NCBI GenBank assembly: GCA_038851755.1
Contig: JAWCKR010000003.1
Span: 15,294 to 79,293 of the forward strand
Reading direction: 5' to 3'
Length of the DNA stretch: 64,000 nt
Source: Candidatus Hadarchaeales archaeon
GTDB lineage: Archaea; Hadarchaeota; Hadarchaeia; Hadarchaeales; WYZ-LMO6
In this document: in pieces, positions 1 to 8,759 of the stretch
Position numbering within the stretch: position 1 is the first letter of the stretch
How the letters are laid out: each line of letters begins with the position of its first letter
Position numbers and translations under genes: made by a program
The notes under the pieces: model-generated
Told to the model about the DNA's origin: nothing
What the model saw: only the letters and a program-made list of their open reading frames with translations
Database searches by the model: none

Positions 1-2
1 TC

Positions 3-158
3 TCCGGGATCCTCTTCACCCTCCTGCTCTTCTCCTTCTACGTACTGCTCTTGTCCCTGCTCGAGTTCCTGTTGAACTCCCTTAGGAGAATGAGTGGGAA
101 CTGGCACCGAAGGGGACCGAGATCAACTCGCTGTTCGTTGTTATCACAAAGGCTTTAA
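3..158 (+). CDS. C-terminal fragment of a membrane protein whose 5' end lies outside the window
   Basis: Frame 3 is open from the window edge to TAA at 156-158. Translation ...GILFTLLLFSFYVLLLSLLEFLLNSLRRMSGNWHRRGPRSTRCSLLSQRL = hydrophobic helix plus basic tail. No family recognised. Confidence 0.3.
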   Translation, partial: SGILFTLLLFSFYVLLLSLLEFLLNSLRRMSGNWHRRGPRSTRCSLLSQRL

Positions 159-224
159 AAAGTAAGGCGGAAGAGAAGGGAGAACATACACCTCAAAAAG
201 ATCCTCGCCCTCCTGCTCCTGGTT

Positions 225-3200
225 GTGATTTTAGCTGGGTTCGCGCCCGAGGTACAGCCGGTCCGGGCTTCCCCCTTCTCCATCACCCTGGTCTGCCCCA
301 ACGGTGGAGAGCTGCTGATGGGGGGCAGCGAGTACCGTGTGGAATGGGTGACCTCCAACCCTGGATACGGCTACGTGAAGCTCCTCTATTCCCTGGACAA
401 CGGGGCCAGCTGGATTACCATAGACAACGTTCCCAACTCTCTGGTGATAGGGGGCAATCCCGCCTACGTATGGACGGTGCCGAACGTCACTTCTGCTCAC
501 TGCAGAGCAAAGGTCCTGTGGCATAGCGGCGGGTTTCCCTCTCAATTATACGCCTCGGACGTCAGCGATGCCGAATTCACCATCACCCCCGTTCAAATCT
601 ACTTCTCCAGCGGGGGGGATATCAAGGTCGTGTTGGCTGGCGGGGTAGGGGAAACAAACCTCACTAGAAGCCCTGAGTTCTGGGAGCACCATCCTTCGGC
701 CTCGTCTGATGGCAAGAAGGTGGCCTTCGCCCGGATGGAACTCGATGCAGGGGGCGCAATCGTGGAAAATACGTCGGAGATTTGGACGATGGATTCGAAC
801 GGTGAGAACCAAGCCAGGATCACCAACAACAATGTCGATGATGTCGAACCGGCCATTTCTCCTGATGGTACGAAAATAGTCTTCTCGCGGTTCGACGCTG
901 CTGGACGTTTCTCCAACCTCTACCTCTTCGAGGGATTTATGTGGAGCCCGACCCTTCGCAGGTACATCCCCCTAGAGACGCAGCTGACCTCGGGCAACCA
1001 TCAGGACCGCTGGCCATGTTTCTCTCCCGACGGCACGAAGATAGTGTTCTCCTCCAATCGCGAGGGCGGCAAGTTTCAGCTCTACACGCTCGATATCAGC
1101 AATCCAGCCAGCGTGAACCGTGCCCTCCCGGGTGTGCCACCTTATACCGAGAAGGATCAGGTGACTCCCGATTGGTCTCCGGATGGAAAATGGTTCGCCT
1201 GCTCGATGAAGAGCGAAACCCAGTCGGATATTTACATCGCCGACTCGTGGGGACCCGTAAACACGAGGCGAGTCTTCCAGCTCACCTCCACCTCGGAGGT
1301 GGAAACCTCCCCTTCCTGGTCCCCAGATTCGGGGGAAATGGCCTTCATAAAGTTAAGGTCGGGCATGGATGCGACAATCCAAGAGCTTTGGGCGATGAAG
1401 CTTGAGACCGACAACCGTGTCTACATCGTTGAAAATAAACTCTTGAAGGATATGGGGTCTCGTGCAGAGTTCCTTACGGAGTTCCTAGAGTACGGCTTCA
1501 CAAAACGCAACGAGTGGATTGGGTATCCCTCTTGGAGGCGCCTCGAGGGCCTGCGCATCCCGGATGTCGAGCTCGAGGGGAGGGTGGATAACTCCTTCAG
1601 TGCCAGGCTTGAGGTCCTGGGGGGAGTGGGACCTTTCACCTGGACTTTGATCGGGTCCCTGCCTGCGGGCTTGAGTTTTTCTCAGGGGATGAAATATCCC
1701 CTCGACCTCTCGAGCCTGGCGTTCATCTCCGGCACGCCCACAGAGGCTGTGAAGGATCACAGCTTCAGCGTGAGGGTGGTAGATAACTCGGGTCTGACGG
1801 GACAGACGAGCTTTCTCATCACGATAAGACCCGGGAGGAAGCTCGAGCTGGTCACCACGGGCAGGTTCCTTCCTCCCTCGGTTCCAGGAACACGGTATCA
1901 TGCCAGGGTCGAGTTCAGGGGTGGGTTACCCCCCTATCGGGTAAAGGTTGAGTCTGGAATCTACGGTAAGGACCTCCCCGAGAATTTGTCTTGGGGCTTG
2001 ATAGAAAGGGGGGACCAGCTCACGGTTCGGTTCGGGGCACCCGAGAACGGTATGCCCTGCGGGCGCTACGCGGTGAGGATAACGGTAATCGATAATCTCG
2101 GTGATGCGGTTTTGGGTTGCTTCAACCTCAACGTCTTGAAGATGGAGTGGAATATGAGGGACGTGTTCGGGGAGAACCTCAGCGCCTTTGTCTGGGGTCT
2201 GCCGGAGGAGATAGGTGTAGAAAACCTCATCACCGGGCTTTCAATCGAGGCAGGCGGAATCGAGGTGAATCTCCCCATCCTCGGCGTGTCTCTGAGCGCG
2301 GATCGGGAATACCACACCATCACAGCACCCTACCCCAGGGACTTCTCCCCGTGGCGCAGCCTGTTCGGCCCAGGGGTATCGACGGTTGTCGGAAAACTCA
2401 AGCTCGGGGTGAGGTTGGACGACAACGAGGCCGCGGTGACCGCCGATTTTCCCATCCACGGATACATGTTCCGCAGGGACAGCGGCTTTAGCTTCCCGAA
2501 CTTTTCCTCCACTCAGATTTCATACGATGATTTCGCAGATTTCTTCGGCTGGGGTGAGACTACGTTTTGGTCTTTTGGGGAGCGGGTGCCCCGGCCCATT
2601 CCCTACCTTTTGTGGAGCTTGATACCGATTGGCAGCGGAGGCAACTGTACCGGCATGTCGGTCGCCGGCTTAGATATCTCCAGGGGCGTAGCGAGGTCGA
2701 GCGACACCTCCCATCCTAATCTCCCGCACGCCATGCAGAGGACTGGATTCAACCACTTGCTTGCTGAACCCGACGAGTCGTTAGAAACCTACATACGTCA
2801 GAGACAGTGGTGGATTGTATCGATGGAATTCATCAGACTCTTTTCCACAGTTATCCCGGCCCACACTAGTTGGTTTAGATGGTCCAACAAAATGCTCGAG
2901 GACATCGAGAGATACGGACTCCCCTGTTACATTGCCATGTTTGATGGTATTGTCACGTCCGGCGGAGCGAACGCCCACACGGTGACGGCTTACGCTATGG
3001 AGGATCTTCCCGATGGGAGAAAGCTCCTCCGGGTATATGACTCAAACAAACCATTTAGTTACACGGAGAATTGGGACGACAACAGCGCCATTTTCGTTGA
3101 CCCCAGCCGCAACAATTCTTGGAGGTATGAAATGGCGAATGGTGAAGAGTGGGGCAACGACTGGATCTTGGCCATCCCCATAGGCCTCCTCCGCGGCGAC

Positions 3201-4067
3201 CCGGACCTTCCTGGCTTGGAGGACCTCCCGGAAGTGATATTTGATTGGACATTTTTCGCCCTCATCGGCAGCGCTGAGCCAGCCCAAGTGAGCGACAACG
3301 AGGGCCACCGATCATTCATCCCGGAGGGTGGGCTGGACATCGACCCTGCGACTGGCATGCCGTATTGCCTGCCCATACCCATTCCAGCCGAAGGCGCGGA
3401 TGCCTCGGTGGGATTGTTCTACGCCCCTCCAGGCCCTCATCGGATCGATGTCTCCGGCAGGGAATCGGGGAAGTACGACTTCCTCTACATGCCCATGGAT
3501 GGGATGCTCATGACATTTGATGTGGAAACCTCGGCGGGCTCGAGGGACAACATAACCCTCAGGCCTCGGGAGCTCTCCACCACGTTTTCTACCCCGGATT
3601 CGAAGAAATTCGGCTACAGGATGGTCCGAGAATTCAAGGATAGGAGGGTGGCCAGGATGTTCATCCTGGACAACATCCGGACCCACAGCGGGAGTCTGAC
3701 CTTCTCCACCACGCCCGAGGGTGATGTCCTCCTCGTCCGCAACGAAGGCGAGGCGACATCCTACGACCTCAGGATAGAGTACCTCGCCGAAAACGGGGAG
3801 CCACAGAGCTTCGAGTGGAAAGACCTTCCCCTGGGTGGTAACGAGACCCAGCGCATCTTCCCCTCTTCCTGGGAAAGCTTGAACACACAGGTCAAGATGG
3901 AGGTCGATAAGGGCAGCGACGGTAGCTGGGAGGAAAGCGTGGAACTCTCTCCAGGGAGACCGTCGGCCGGGGGTAGGGTGACGTGGGTAGTGGTGGTGGG
4001 GATACTCGCGGGGGCCTTGATAGTGGGGATACTCGTTCTCCTGAGGAGGTTCAGGGGCGGTCGGTGA
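225..4067 (+). CDS. Large cell-surface protein: TolB-like PD40 beta-propeller repeats, Ig-like domains, putative papain-like cysteine-peptidase domain, C-terminal transmembrane anchor
   Basis: 1280-aa ORF starting at GTG 225. Repeated SPDG(K/T)K(I/V)(V/A)F(S/A) motifs (SPDGKKVAF, SPDGTKIVFS x2, SPDGKWFAC, SPDSGEMAF) typical of PD40/TolB blades. Ig-like segment LPAGLSFSQG...SGTPTE. C-terminal region has GGNCTG / GANAHTVTAY / RNNSW motifs resembling a Cys-His-Asn papain-fold triad. Ends in hydrophobic helix VTWVVVVGILAGALIVGILVLLRRFRGGR. Upstream in-frame codons encode a signal-like KKILALLLLVVILAGFA but with no ATG/GTG/TTG before the GTG at 225. Confidence 0.7.
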   Translation: MILAGFAPEVQPVRASPFSITLVCPNGGELLMGGSEYRVEWVTSNPGYGYVKLLYSLDNGASWITIDNVPNSLVIGGNPAYVWTVPNVTSAHCRAKVLWHSGGFPSQLYASDVSDAEFTITPVQIYFSSGGDIKVVLAGGVGETNLTRSPEFWEHHPSASSDGKKVAFARMELDAGGAIVENTSEIWTMDSNGENQARITNNNVDDVEPAISPDGTKIVFSRFDAAGRFSNLYLFEGFMWSPTLRRYIPLETQLTSGNHQDRWPCFSPDGTKIVFSSNREGGKFQLYTLDISNPASVNRALPGVPPYTEKDQVTPDWSPDGKWFACSMKSETQSDIYIADSWGPVNTRRVFQLTSTSEVETSPSWSPDSGEMAFIKLRSGMDATIQELWAMKLETDNRVYIVENKLLKDMGSRAEFLTEFLEYGFTKRNEWIGYPSWRRLEGLRIPDVELEGRVDNSFSARLEVLGGVGPFTWTLIGSLPAGLSFSQGMKYPLDLSSLAFISGTPTEAVKDHSFSVRVVDNSGLTGQTSFLITIRPGRKLELVTTGRFLPPSVPGTRYHARVEFRGGLPPYRVKVESGIYGKDLPENLSWGLIERGDQLTVRFGAPENGMPCGRYAVRITVIDNLGDAVLGCFNLNVLKMEWNMRDVFGENLSAFVWGLPEEIGVENLITGLSIEAGGIEVNLPILGVSLSADREYHTITAPYPRDFSPWRSLFGPGVSTVVGKLKLGVRLDDNEAAVTADFPIHGYMFRRDSGFSFPNFSSTQISYDDFADFFGWGETTFWSFGERVPRPIPYLLWSLIPIGSGGNCTGMSVAGLDISRGVARSSDTSHPNLPHAMQRTGFNHLLAEPDESLETYIRQRQWWIVSMEFIRLFSTVIPAHTSWFRWSNKMLEDIERYGLPCYIAMFDGIVTSGGANAHTVTAYAMEDLPDGRKLLRVYDSNKPFSYTENWDDNSAIFVDPSRNNSWRYEMANGEEWGNDWILAIPIGLLRGDPDLPGLEDLPEVIFDWTFFALIGSAEPAQVSDNEGHRSFIPEGGLDIDPATGMPYCLPIPIPAEGADASVGLFYAPPGPHRIDVSGRESGKYDFLYMPMDGMLMTFDVETSAGSRDNITLRPRELSTTFSTPDSKKFGYRMVREFKDRRVARMFILDNIRTHSGSLTFSTTPEGDVLLVRNEGEATSYDLRIEYLAENGEPQSFEWKDLPLGGNETQRIFPSSWESLNTQVKMEVDKGSDGSWEESVELSPGRPSAGGRVTWVVVVGILAGALIVGILVLLRRFRGGR

Positions 4068-4071
4068 GGCT

Positions 4072-5106
4072 TCAGTCCTCCTCGAGCAGGGGCTTCAGGA
4101 TCAGCTCGGGCCTGAACTCCACCAGGTCCTCGTAACCCTGCCCCACCCCCAGGAAGAGGATGGGCTTCCCGGTCACGTGGGTGATGGAGAGGGCGGCGCC
4201 CCCCCTGGCGTCGGCGTCCATCTTGCAGAGGATGGAGCCGTCTATCCCCACTTCCTGGTTGAAGGTCTTGGCCTGTTCCACCGCATCGTTCCCCGTCAGG
4301 GCGTCCCCCACGAAGATCTTCAGGTCCGGCTTGGTCACCCTCACGATCTTCCTCATCTCGTCCATCAGGTCCCGGTCGGTCTGCATCCTCCCCGCCGTGT
4401 CCACCAGCACCACCTGGAACCCCTTGGCCTTCGCGTGGGAGATGGCGTCGTAGGCCACCGCTGCGGCATCCGCTCCCTGGCGCTGCTTCACCAGCTCCAC
4501 CCCCAGCCTCCGGGCGTGGGTCTCCAGCTGCTCTATCCCCCCCGCCCTGAAGGTGTCGGAAGCGGCCAGCACCACCCTCAGCCCCCTGTTTTGCAGGTAC
4601 TTGGCCAGCTTGGCTATGGTGGTGGTCTTTCCCGTCCCGTTGATGCCGAAGAAGACCAGGACGGCGGGTTCGTTCCTCTCGTTCTTGGTCTTCACCACCT
4701 GGAGCAGGTCCACCTTCTCCCCAGGTTCCAGGATCTCCCTCATGGCATCCTCCAGCACGGACTCCGCCACCTTCTTTGGGTCCTCCCTCAGCCCCAGCTT
4801 CCTCCCCGTGAGCTTCTCCCTCACCCTGTTGAGGATCTCATCGGCCACGGGCACGGCCACGTCGCTCTCGAGCAGGGAAACCTGCAGGTCCCAGAGGATG
4901 TCCTCCAGGTCGGCGGGGGAGAGTTCAACGCCCGCCACCTTCTTCAGGGCCCTCTTCACCCCCAGCTTGGGGGAGACCTTGGAGGGCCTTTTGGGCTTTG
5001 CCTCGGGTTTTTCCTCCTCCTCGGGAGGGGCAGCGGCCTTCTCCTCGAGTTTCTTGGTGAGCTTCGCCTTTACCTTGCGGAGCTTCTCCTTGAGTTTCTC
5101 GAGCAT
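4072..5106 (-). CDS. ftsY: Signal recognition particle receptor FtsY
   Basis: 344 aa. Charged N-terminal region then SRP GTPase NG domain with GINGTGKTTT P-loop and DTAGR motif. Confidence 0.9.
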   Translation of the reverse strand: MLEKLKEKLRKVKAKLTKKLEEKAAAPPEEEEKPEAKPKRPSKVSPKLGVKRALKKVAGVELSPADLEDILWDLQVSLLESDVAVPVADEILNRVREKLTGRKLGLREDPKKVAESVLEDAMREILEPGEKVDLLQVVKTKNERNEPAVLVFFGINGTGKTTTIAKLAKYLQNRGLRVVLAASDTFRAGGIEQLETHARRLGVELVKQRQGADAAAVAYDAISHAKAKGFQVVLVDTAGRMQTDRDLMDEMRKIVRVTKPDLKIFVGDALTGNDAVEQAKTFNQEVGIDGSILCKMDADARGGAALSITHVTGKPILFLGVGQGYEDLVEFRPELILKPLLEED

Positions 5107-5107
5107 C

Positions 5108-5560
5108 TCACTTTTCCCTGGTCTTCGAAAGGAGCTTTTCTATTCCCGGTCGGAGGGATTCCATCCTCTGCTCCAGGTTGGCCATCTCCGACCTGAGCTG
5201 CTGCACGGCCTTCCCCACCTCCGAGGACTTCTCCTCCAGGAACTTCAGGGCCTCGTCGGGAGTCCTCTCCACCACCACCTCCGCCCCCACCCCGGTCAGG
5301 ATCTTCTCCAGGGGCATCAACCTGGCCCTCACGAAGGAGCCAGAGCCTATGGGGGTGAGGACCTCCGTTCCCTCCGGGACCTCCTTGAGCTTCTTGATGG
5401 TTTCGATGGTGGAGGAAAGCTCCGAGAGGGTGGTGTTCAGGAGAGCCACCTGTTCCCTCATGGCCTCCATGAGGGCCCTGCCCCTGTTCAGCTCCAGGAT
5501 GGACCTTTCCAGTTCCTCTCTCTCTTCCTCCGTGAGTTCGGGCATCCTATTCCTTCTCAC
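5108..5560 (-). CDS. pfdA: Prefoldin alpha subunit
   Basis: 150 aa coiled-coil/beta-hairpin/coiled-coil architecture. Sits in the conserved archaeal position between eif6 and ftsY. Confidence 0.8.
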   Translation of the reverse strand: MRRNRMPELTEEEREELERSILELNRGRALMEAMREQVALLNTTLSELSSTIETIKKLKEVPEGTEVLTPIGSGSFVRARLMPLEKILTGVGAEVVVERTPDEALKFLEEKSSEVGKAVQQLRSEMANLEQRMESLRPGIEKLLSKTREK

Positions 5561-5595
5561 GTTCCCCCTATATCAGTTTCCCCCTTTGAGCAGGG

Positions 5596-6264
5596 TCACC
5601 GCTCGGGGGAATGGAGGGCTTTCTCTATGAGCCCGAGCTCCGCCCCCGTGGTGGGTCCCCCGGCCAAAAAGCCCCTGGAGTTGGCGGCCACGCATATGCC
5701 CACGTACTTCTCCCCGTCGCACGCCGTTCCCGTGGACACGGGCACCCCCAGTGCTTCCCTCGCCTTCTCCATTTCCTCCTCCGTGGTGTCCGGGTGGAGG
5801 AGCGCACCCCTGTTGGTGACCACGCCTGCGCTTCCCACCGTCTTGAGTCCCGAGAGCGTGCCCCTTTCCAGCGGTACCCCCAGGGCGGAGCTCAGCTCCT
5901 CCACCGTTCTGGCCGGAAGGGCGGGGCTGACCAGTCCTCCTTTGTCGTTCACCAGGAGGAGGTTGCCCAGAGCGGTGAACTTTCCCTGGATCCTGTACAC
6001 CTCCACCCCACCTTCCCTGAGGCTTCTCTCCTCCTCTTCCCCCATCAGGGAGGGAGCCACGAGGGCGCGGGAGTTCCCCGCCAGGAAGACCCCGAGCAGG
6101 GACGATCCCATCACCTCGGCCCTGATGACGGGGACGCCCAGCTTCTCCTCCAGCTCTTCCTCGTCCAGCTTCAGGTTCCGGGGGAAGACCGCCACGGAGT
6201 CGGTGACGAGGCAGAAAAGTCCCAGATAGGGGATCCTTCCGAAGTTGAGGCGCAGGAAGGGCAT
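5596..6264 (-). CDS. eif6: Translation initiation factor 6 (aIF6/eIF6)
   Basis: 222 aa with pentameric-repeat-like sequence typical of eIF6. Conserved neighbourhood rpl31e-eif6-pfdA. Confidence 0.85.
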   Translation of the reverse strand: MPFLRLNFGRIPYLGLFCLVTDSVAVFPRNLKLDEEELEEKLGVPVIRAEVMGSSLLGVFLAGNSRALVAPSLMGEEEERSLREGGVEVYRIQGKFTALGNLLLVNDKGGLVSPALPARTVEELSSALGVPLERGTLSGLKTVGSAGVVTNRGALLHPDTTEEEMEKAREALGVPVSTGTACDGEKYVGICVAANSRGFLAGGPTTGAELGLIEKALHSPER

Positions 6265-6270
6265 TAGACC

Positions 6271-6528
6271 TTACTCCGCGGAGAAGACCTCCACCGAGCC
6301 GTCCTCCTTCTTCACGGCCCTGATCCTCACCTTGGAGGGAGGTTTCTTGGCCCCCCTGGCCCAGACCTTCTTGTTCACTTCCCCGTCTATCTTTACTCTT
6401 TCCGTTTTCATGTGTCTCTCCACGAACTCCCTGATGAGGTCCATGGCCTTGGCCGCCCTCTTGTACCTGGCCTTCTCCCGGACTTCCCGCAGCGGTACCA
6501 CATAGATCCTTTCTTCGGGCATGGTCAC
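6271..6528 (-). CDS. rpl31e: 50S ribosomal protein L31e
   Basis: 85 aa, GTG start, sequence MTMPEERIYVVPLREV...KKPPSKVRIRAVK typical of L31e. Confidence 0.9.
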   Translation of the reverse strand: MTMPEERIYVVPLREVREKARYKRAAKAMDLIREFVERHMKTERVKIDGEVNKKVWARGAKKPPSKVRIRAVKKEDGSVEVFSAE

Positions 6529-6531
6529 CGC

Positions 6532-6687
6532 CTACGGCTTTATCTTGGACCGGTACCAGCGCCTGCGCTTCATGCTGTCCCTCACCCTCCCCCTGGTCTT
6601 CATCACCGCCCAGATGGGGGCCCTCCTGGTCTTCCTCCCGGCCCTCTGGAGCTTTTTCTTCAGCGTCAGTGACTTGTTCCTGCTCAT
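6532..6687 (-). CDS. rpl39e: 50S ribosomal protein L39e
   Basis: Not in the ORF track (<60 aa). Hand translation of the minus strand gives MSRNKSLTLKKKLQRAGRKTRRAPIWAVMKTRGRVRDSMKRRRWYRSKIKP (51 aa), the canonical L39e sequence. ATG at 6687, TAG at 6532-6534. Confidence 0.8.
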   Translation of the reverse strand: MSRNKSLTLKKKLQRAGRKTRRAPIWAVMKTRGRVRDSMKRRRWYRSKIKP

Positions 6688-6978
6688 CTAGATCCTCCTT
6701 ATCTTGGTCTCCCTCCTCCTCTCCTGCAACCTCCTCAGGAGCTCCCTGAGCTGATCGTCGGTGAGGGGGGCCCTCAGCCTTCCCGACTGGGCAAGCGCGA
6801 TCAGTTCCACCTCTAGGCTCTCCGCGAACTCGGGCTTCACCATCTTGAGGTTGGCGAGCCTGCTCCTGGCCTCAGGGGTGAGGATCTGCTGCAGGATGAG
6901 CCTCTTCTGGAGCTCCAGCTCCCTCCTCATCTCCTCCCTCCTCTGCTGCTCCTGCAGCTGGGCCTGCAGCTCCAGCAT
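6688..6978 (-). CDS. dsDNA-binding protein, PDCD5/TFAR19-like (DUF/PF01984 family)
   Basis: C-terminal 96 aa of ORF 6688..7194 ([68 protein letters not shown]...) matches the PDCD5-like family found next to rps19e in archaea. Upstream part of the ORF overlaps rps19e and is considered spurious. ATG at 6978 chosen. Confidence 0.7.
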   Translation of the reverse strand: MLELQAQLQEQQRREEMRRELELQKRLILQQILTPEARSRLANLKMVKPEFAESLEVELIALAQSGRLRAPLTDDQLRELLRRLQERRRETKIRRI

Positions 6979-7003
6979 TTTCCTCCTCCTTATCTCCTCC
7001 AGC

Positions 7004-7441
7004 TCAGCTTCCTCCTCCAGAGCCCATCCCCCCTTTGAGTTCCCCGGAGAGCTTTTCCAGGAGTTCTGCCCCCTTCCTGGTGACCTTCCTCCCCTCCTTT
7101 TCCTTCCTCTCCACCAGCCCTGCCTTCTCCAGCTGCTGCAGGAGGTTCCTGAGGATTTTACCCCCCCCTCTCCTGAAGTGCTCGGGTGCGACACCCCTTT
7201 TCTTCCTCCCCCCGTAGTGGACGCGCAGTCTGGAGACCCCCACGGGACCGTTCAGGTAGAGCCTCCTCAGGAGGGAAGCCGCCCTCACGTACCACCAGTC
7301 TGGTTGCTCCGGAGGTCTTTCCTTGTGGACCCCCGTTTTCACGTACCTGCTCCACTCCGGGGGCTTCAGCTCCTCCAGCTTCTTCAGCTCCTCCGCCGTC
7401 CTGGCTATGAGCTGCTGAGAGGGAACTTCCCTAACGGACAT
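7004..7441 (-). CDS. rps19e: 30S ribosomal protein S19e
   Basis: 145 aa, [21 protein letters not shown]...[17 protein letters not shown]...[14 protein letters not shown], canonical S19e. Confidence 0.9.
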   Translation of the reverse strand: MSVREVPSQQLIARTAEELKKLEELKPPEWSRYVKTGVHKERPPEQPDWWYVRAASLLRRLYLNGPVGVSRLRVHYGGRKKRGVAPEHFRRGGGKILRNLLQQLEKAGLVERKEKEGRKVTRKGAELLEKLSGELKGGMGSGGGS

Positions 7442-7778
7442 CTTTTCCGTCTTCCCGCCGCCGCTTATTAATCCTATCGCCCTTCTCGCCCCTCAGTGGA
7501 AGGCGCGTGAGGTGCCCGCACTCCAGGCAGACCCTCACCACCCTCCCCGCCCTCACCCTCACCCTGCAGGAAACCCCAGGCTTCAGCGGGCTCCTGCACT
7601 TCCTGCAGAACCTTCCGCGCAGGTGGGTGGGCAGCCTCACCCTGTGGCGGAGCTTCAGCCTCCAGGCCAGCTCCAGGTACCTCCTGGCGAGGCCCTTCTC
7701 CTGGGGCCAGGCCTCCTCCGCCAGCTGCACCAGCCTCTCTATCCTCTCCAGGGCCAGGGTTTTCTGGTCCTCCTTCAC
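7431..7778 (-). CDS. rnp4: RNase P protein component 4 (Rpp21/Rpr2)
   Basis: Last 115 codons of the 600-aa ORF 7431..9233. ...YLELAWRLKLRHRVRLPTHLRGRFCRKCRSPLKPGVSCRVRVRAGRVVRVCLECGHLTRLPL carries the Rpr2 zinc ribbon CxxC...CxxC. GTG start at 7776-7778 overlaps the nep1 stop (GTGA). Rest of the long ORF is antisense artefact. Confidence 0.75.
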   Translation of the reverse strand: MKEDQKTLALERIERLVQLAEEAWPQEKGLARRYLELAWRLKLRHRVRLPTHLRGRFCRKCRSPLKPGVSCRVRVRAGRVVRVCLECGHLTRLPLRGEKGDRINKRRREDGKDVR

Positions 7779-8455
7779 TTCCTCCCCAGCCTCCTCTCCT
7801 GGATTTCCCTCTCCTCTTCGTAGGAGAAGATCAGCCTGGCCACGATGGTGCTGGAGGGGAGGGGTTCCGGGTCCACGCACACCCTCTCCACGGGGAAGCC
7901 CTCCAGGTCGGAGAGGTACCCCCCCTCTGCGAAGCCTCCCACCACCGCGCACACCTCGTTCTCCTCGTGGTAGAGCTCCCCCCAGAGCCTGGGCTCCCCC
8001 GCCGGGTCGAGCATCAGGGTTCTGGGGGCCCCTATCCTCCTCAGGAGCTCGGCCAGCTTTTCCTTCCTCAACCTCATCCTTTCCCCCTCCGTCCTCCCCC
8101 TCAGGAAGAGCTCCTCCATCAGCCCCGCGAACCTGTGGAAGGACCTGGGCAGCCTCGTCTCCGGGTCCACCTCGATGACCTCGTCGTTCCTGGTGTGGAC
8201 GTAGACCCTCAGCAGGCCCTCCCTGTTGAGGGGGGAGTCCAGGCTGAGGAGCAGGCAGCGGTGCACGATGTCCGGTCTCCCCCTCCTGTGCCCGTCCTCC
8301 AGCCTCCGCATGGCTGGGTAGAAGAGGCTGGAGTCCAGGAGGAGCTCCGTGGGCCTCCTCCCCCTCCTCCTGGCCCACCACCTCACCACTCTGTGGTCCG
8401 CTATCTCGGGGGGCACCCTCTCCAGCTCGCAGTCGGCCAGCACCAGGTGGAGCAT
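7775..8455 (-). CDS. nep1: rRNA small-subunit pseudouridine N1-methyltransferase Nep1 (EMG1)
   Basis: SPOUT-fold protein. MLHLVLADCELE...LLLDSSLF...DIVHRCLLLSLDSPLNREGLLRVYVHTRNDEVIEV typical of Nep1. Start taken at Met26 of ORF 7775..8530 (ORF extends to 8530). Confidence 0.8.
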   Translation of the reverse strand: MLHLVLADCELERVPPEIADHRVVRWWARRRGRRPTELLLDSSLFYPAMRRLEDGHRRGRPDIVHRCLLLSLDSPLNREGLLRVYVHTRNDEVIEVDPETRLPRSFHRFAGLMEELFLRGRTEGERMRLRKEKLAELLRRIGAPRTLMLDPAGEPRLWGELYHEENEVCAVVGGFAEGGYLSDLEGFPVERVCVDPEPLPSSTIVARLIFSYEEEREIQERRLGRK

Positions 8456-8518
8456 CAGGTAGCTTTCTCCCCCGAGGAAAAAGCTTTTTAAAGGTTTCCG
8501 TGAAGGGGAGGGGATAAG

Positions 8519-8704
8519 ATGGACCTGCAAACGGTGCTGCTGCTGGTGAGCGGCCTGTACCTGCTGGTGATCTTCGCGGTGCTGGGAAGGCTGGGGCTGA
8601 AGGGAGATCTCCCCAAGTTCGTGGCGGTGATGAGGGCCGCCGTGCCCGTGGGGATGATCCTTGGCCTCGTGGACCTGATCGTCCTCGCCCTGAACCAGCT
8701 CTAG
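8519..8704 (+). CDS. Small hypothetical membrane protein (two predicted TM helices)
   Basis: 61 aa, hydrophobic. A TATA-like TTTTTAAAGG lies about 30 nt upstream. No family recognised. Confidence 0.35.
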   Translation: MDLQTVLLLVSGLYLLVIFAVLGRLGLKGDLPKFVAVMRAAVPVGMILGLVDLIVLALNQL

Positions 8705-8759
8705 GGACGGGCCTCCTCCTACAGCAAGTTTTATAGGGGAGCGGTAAGACCGTTTTTGC

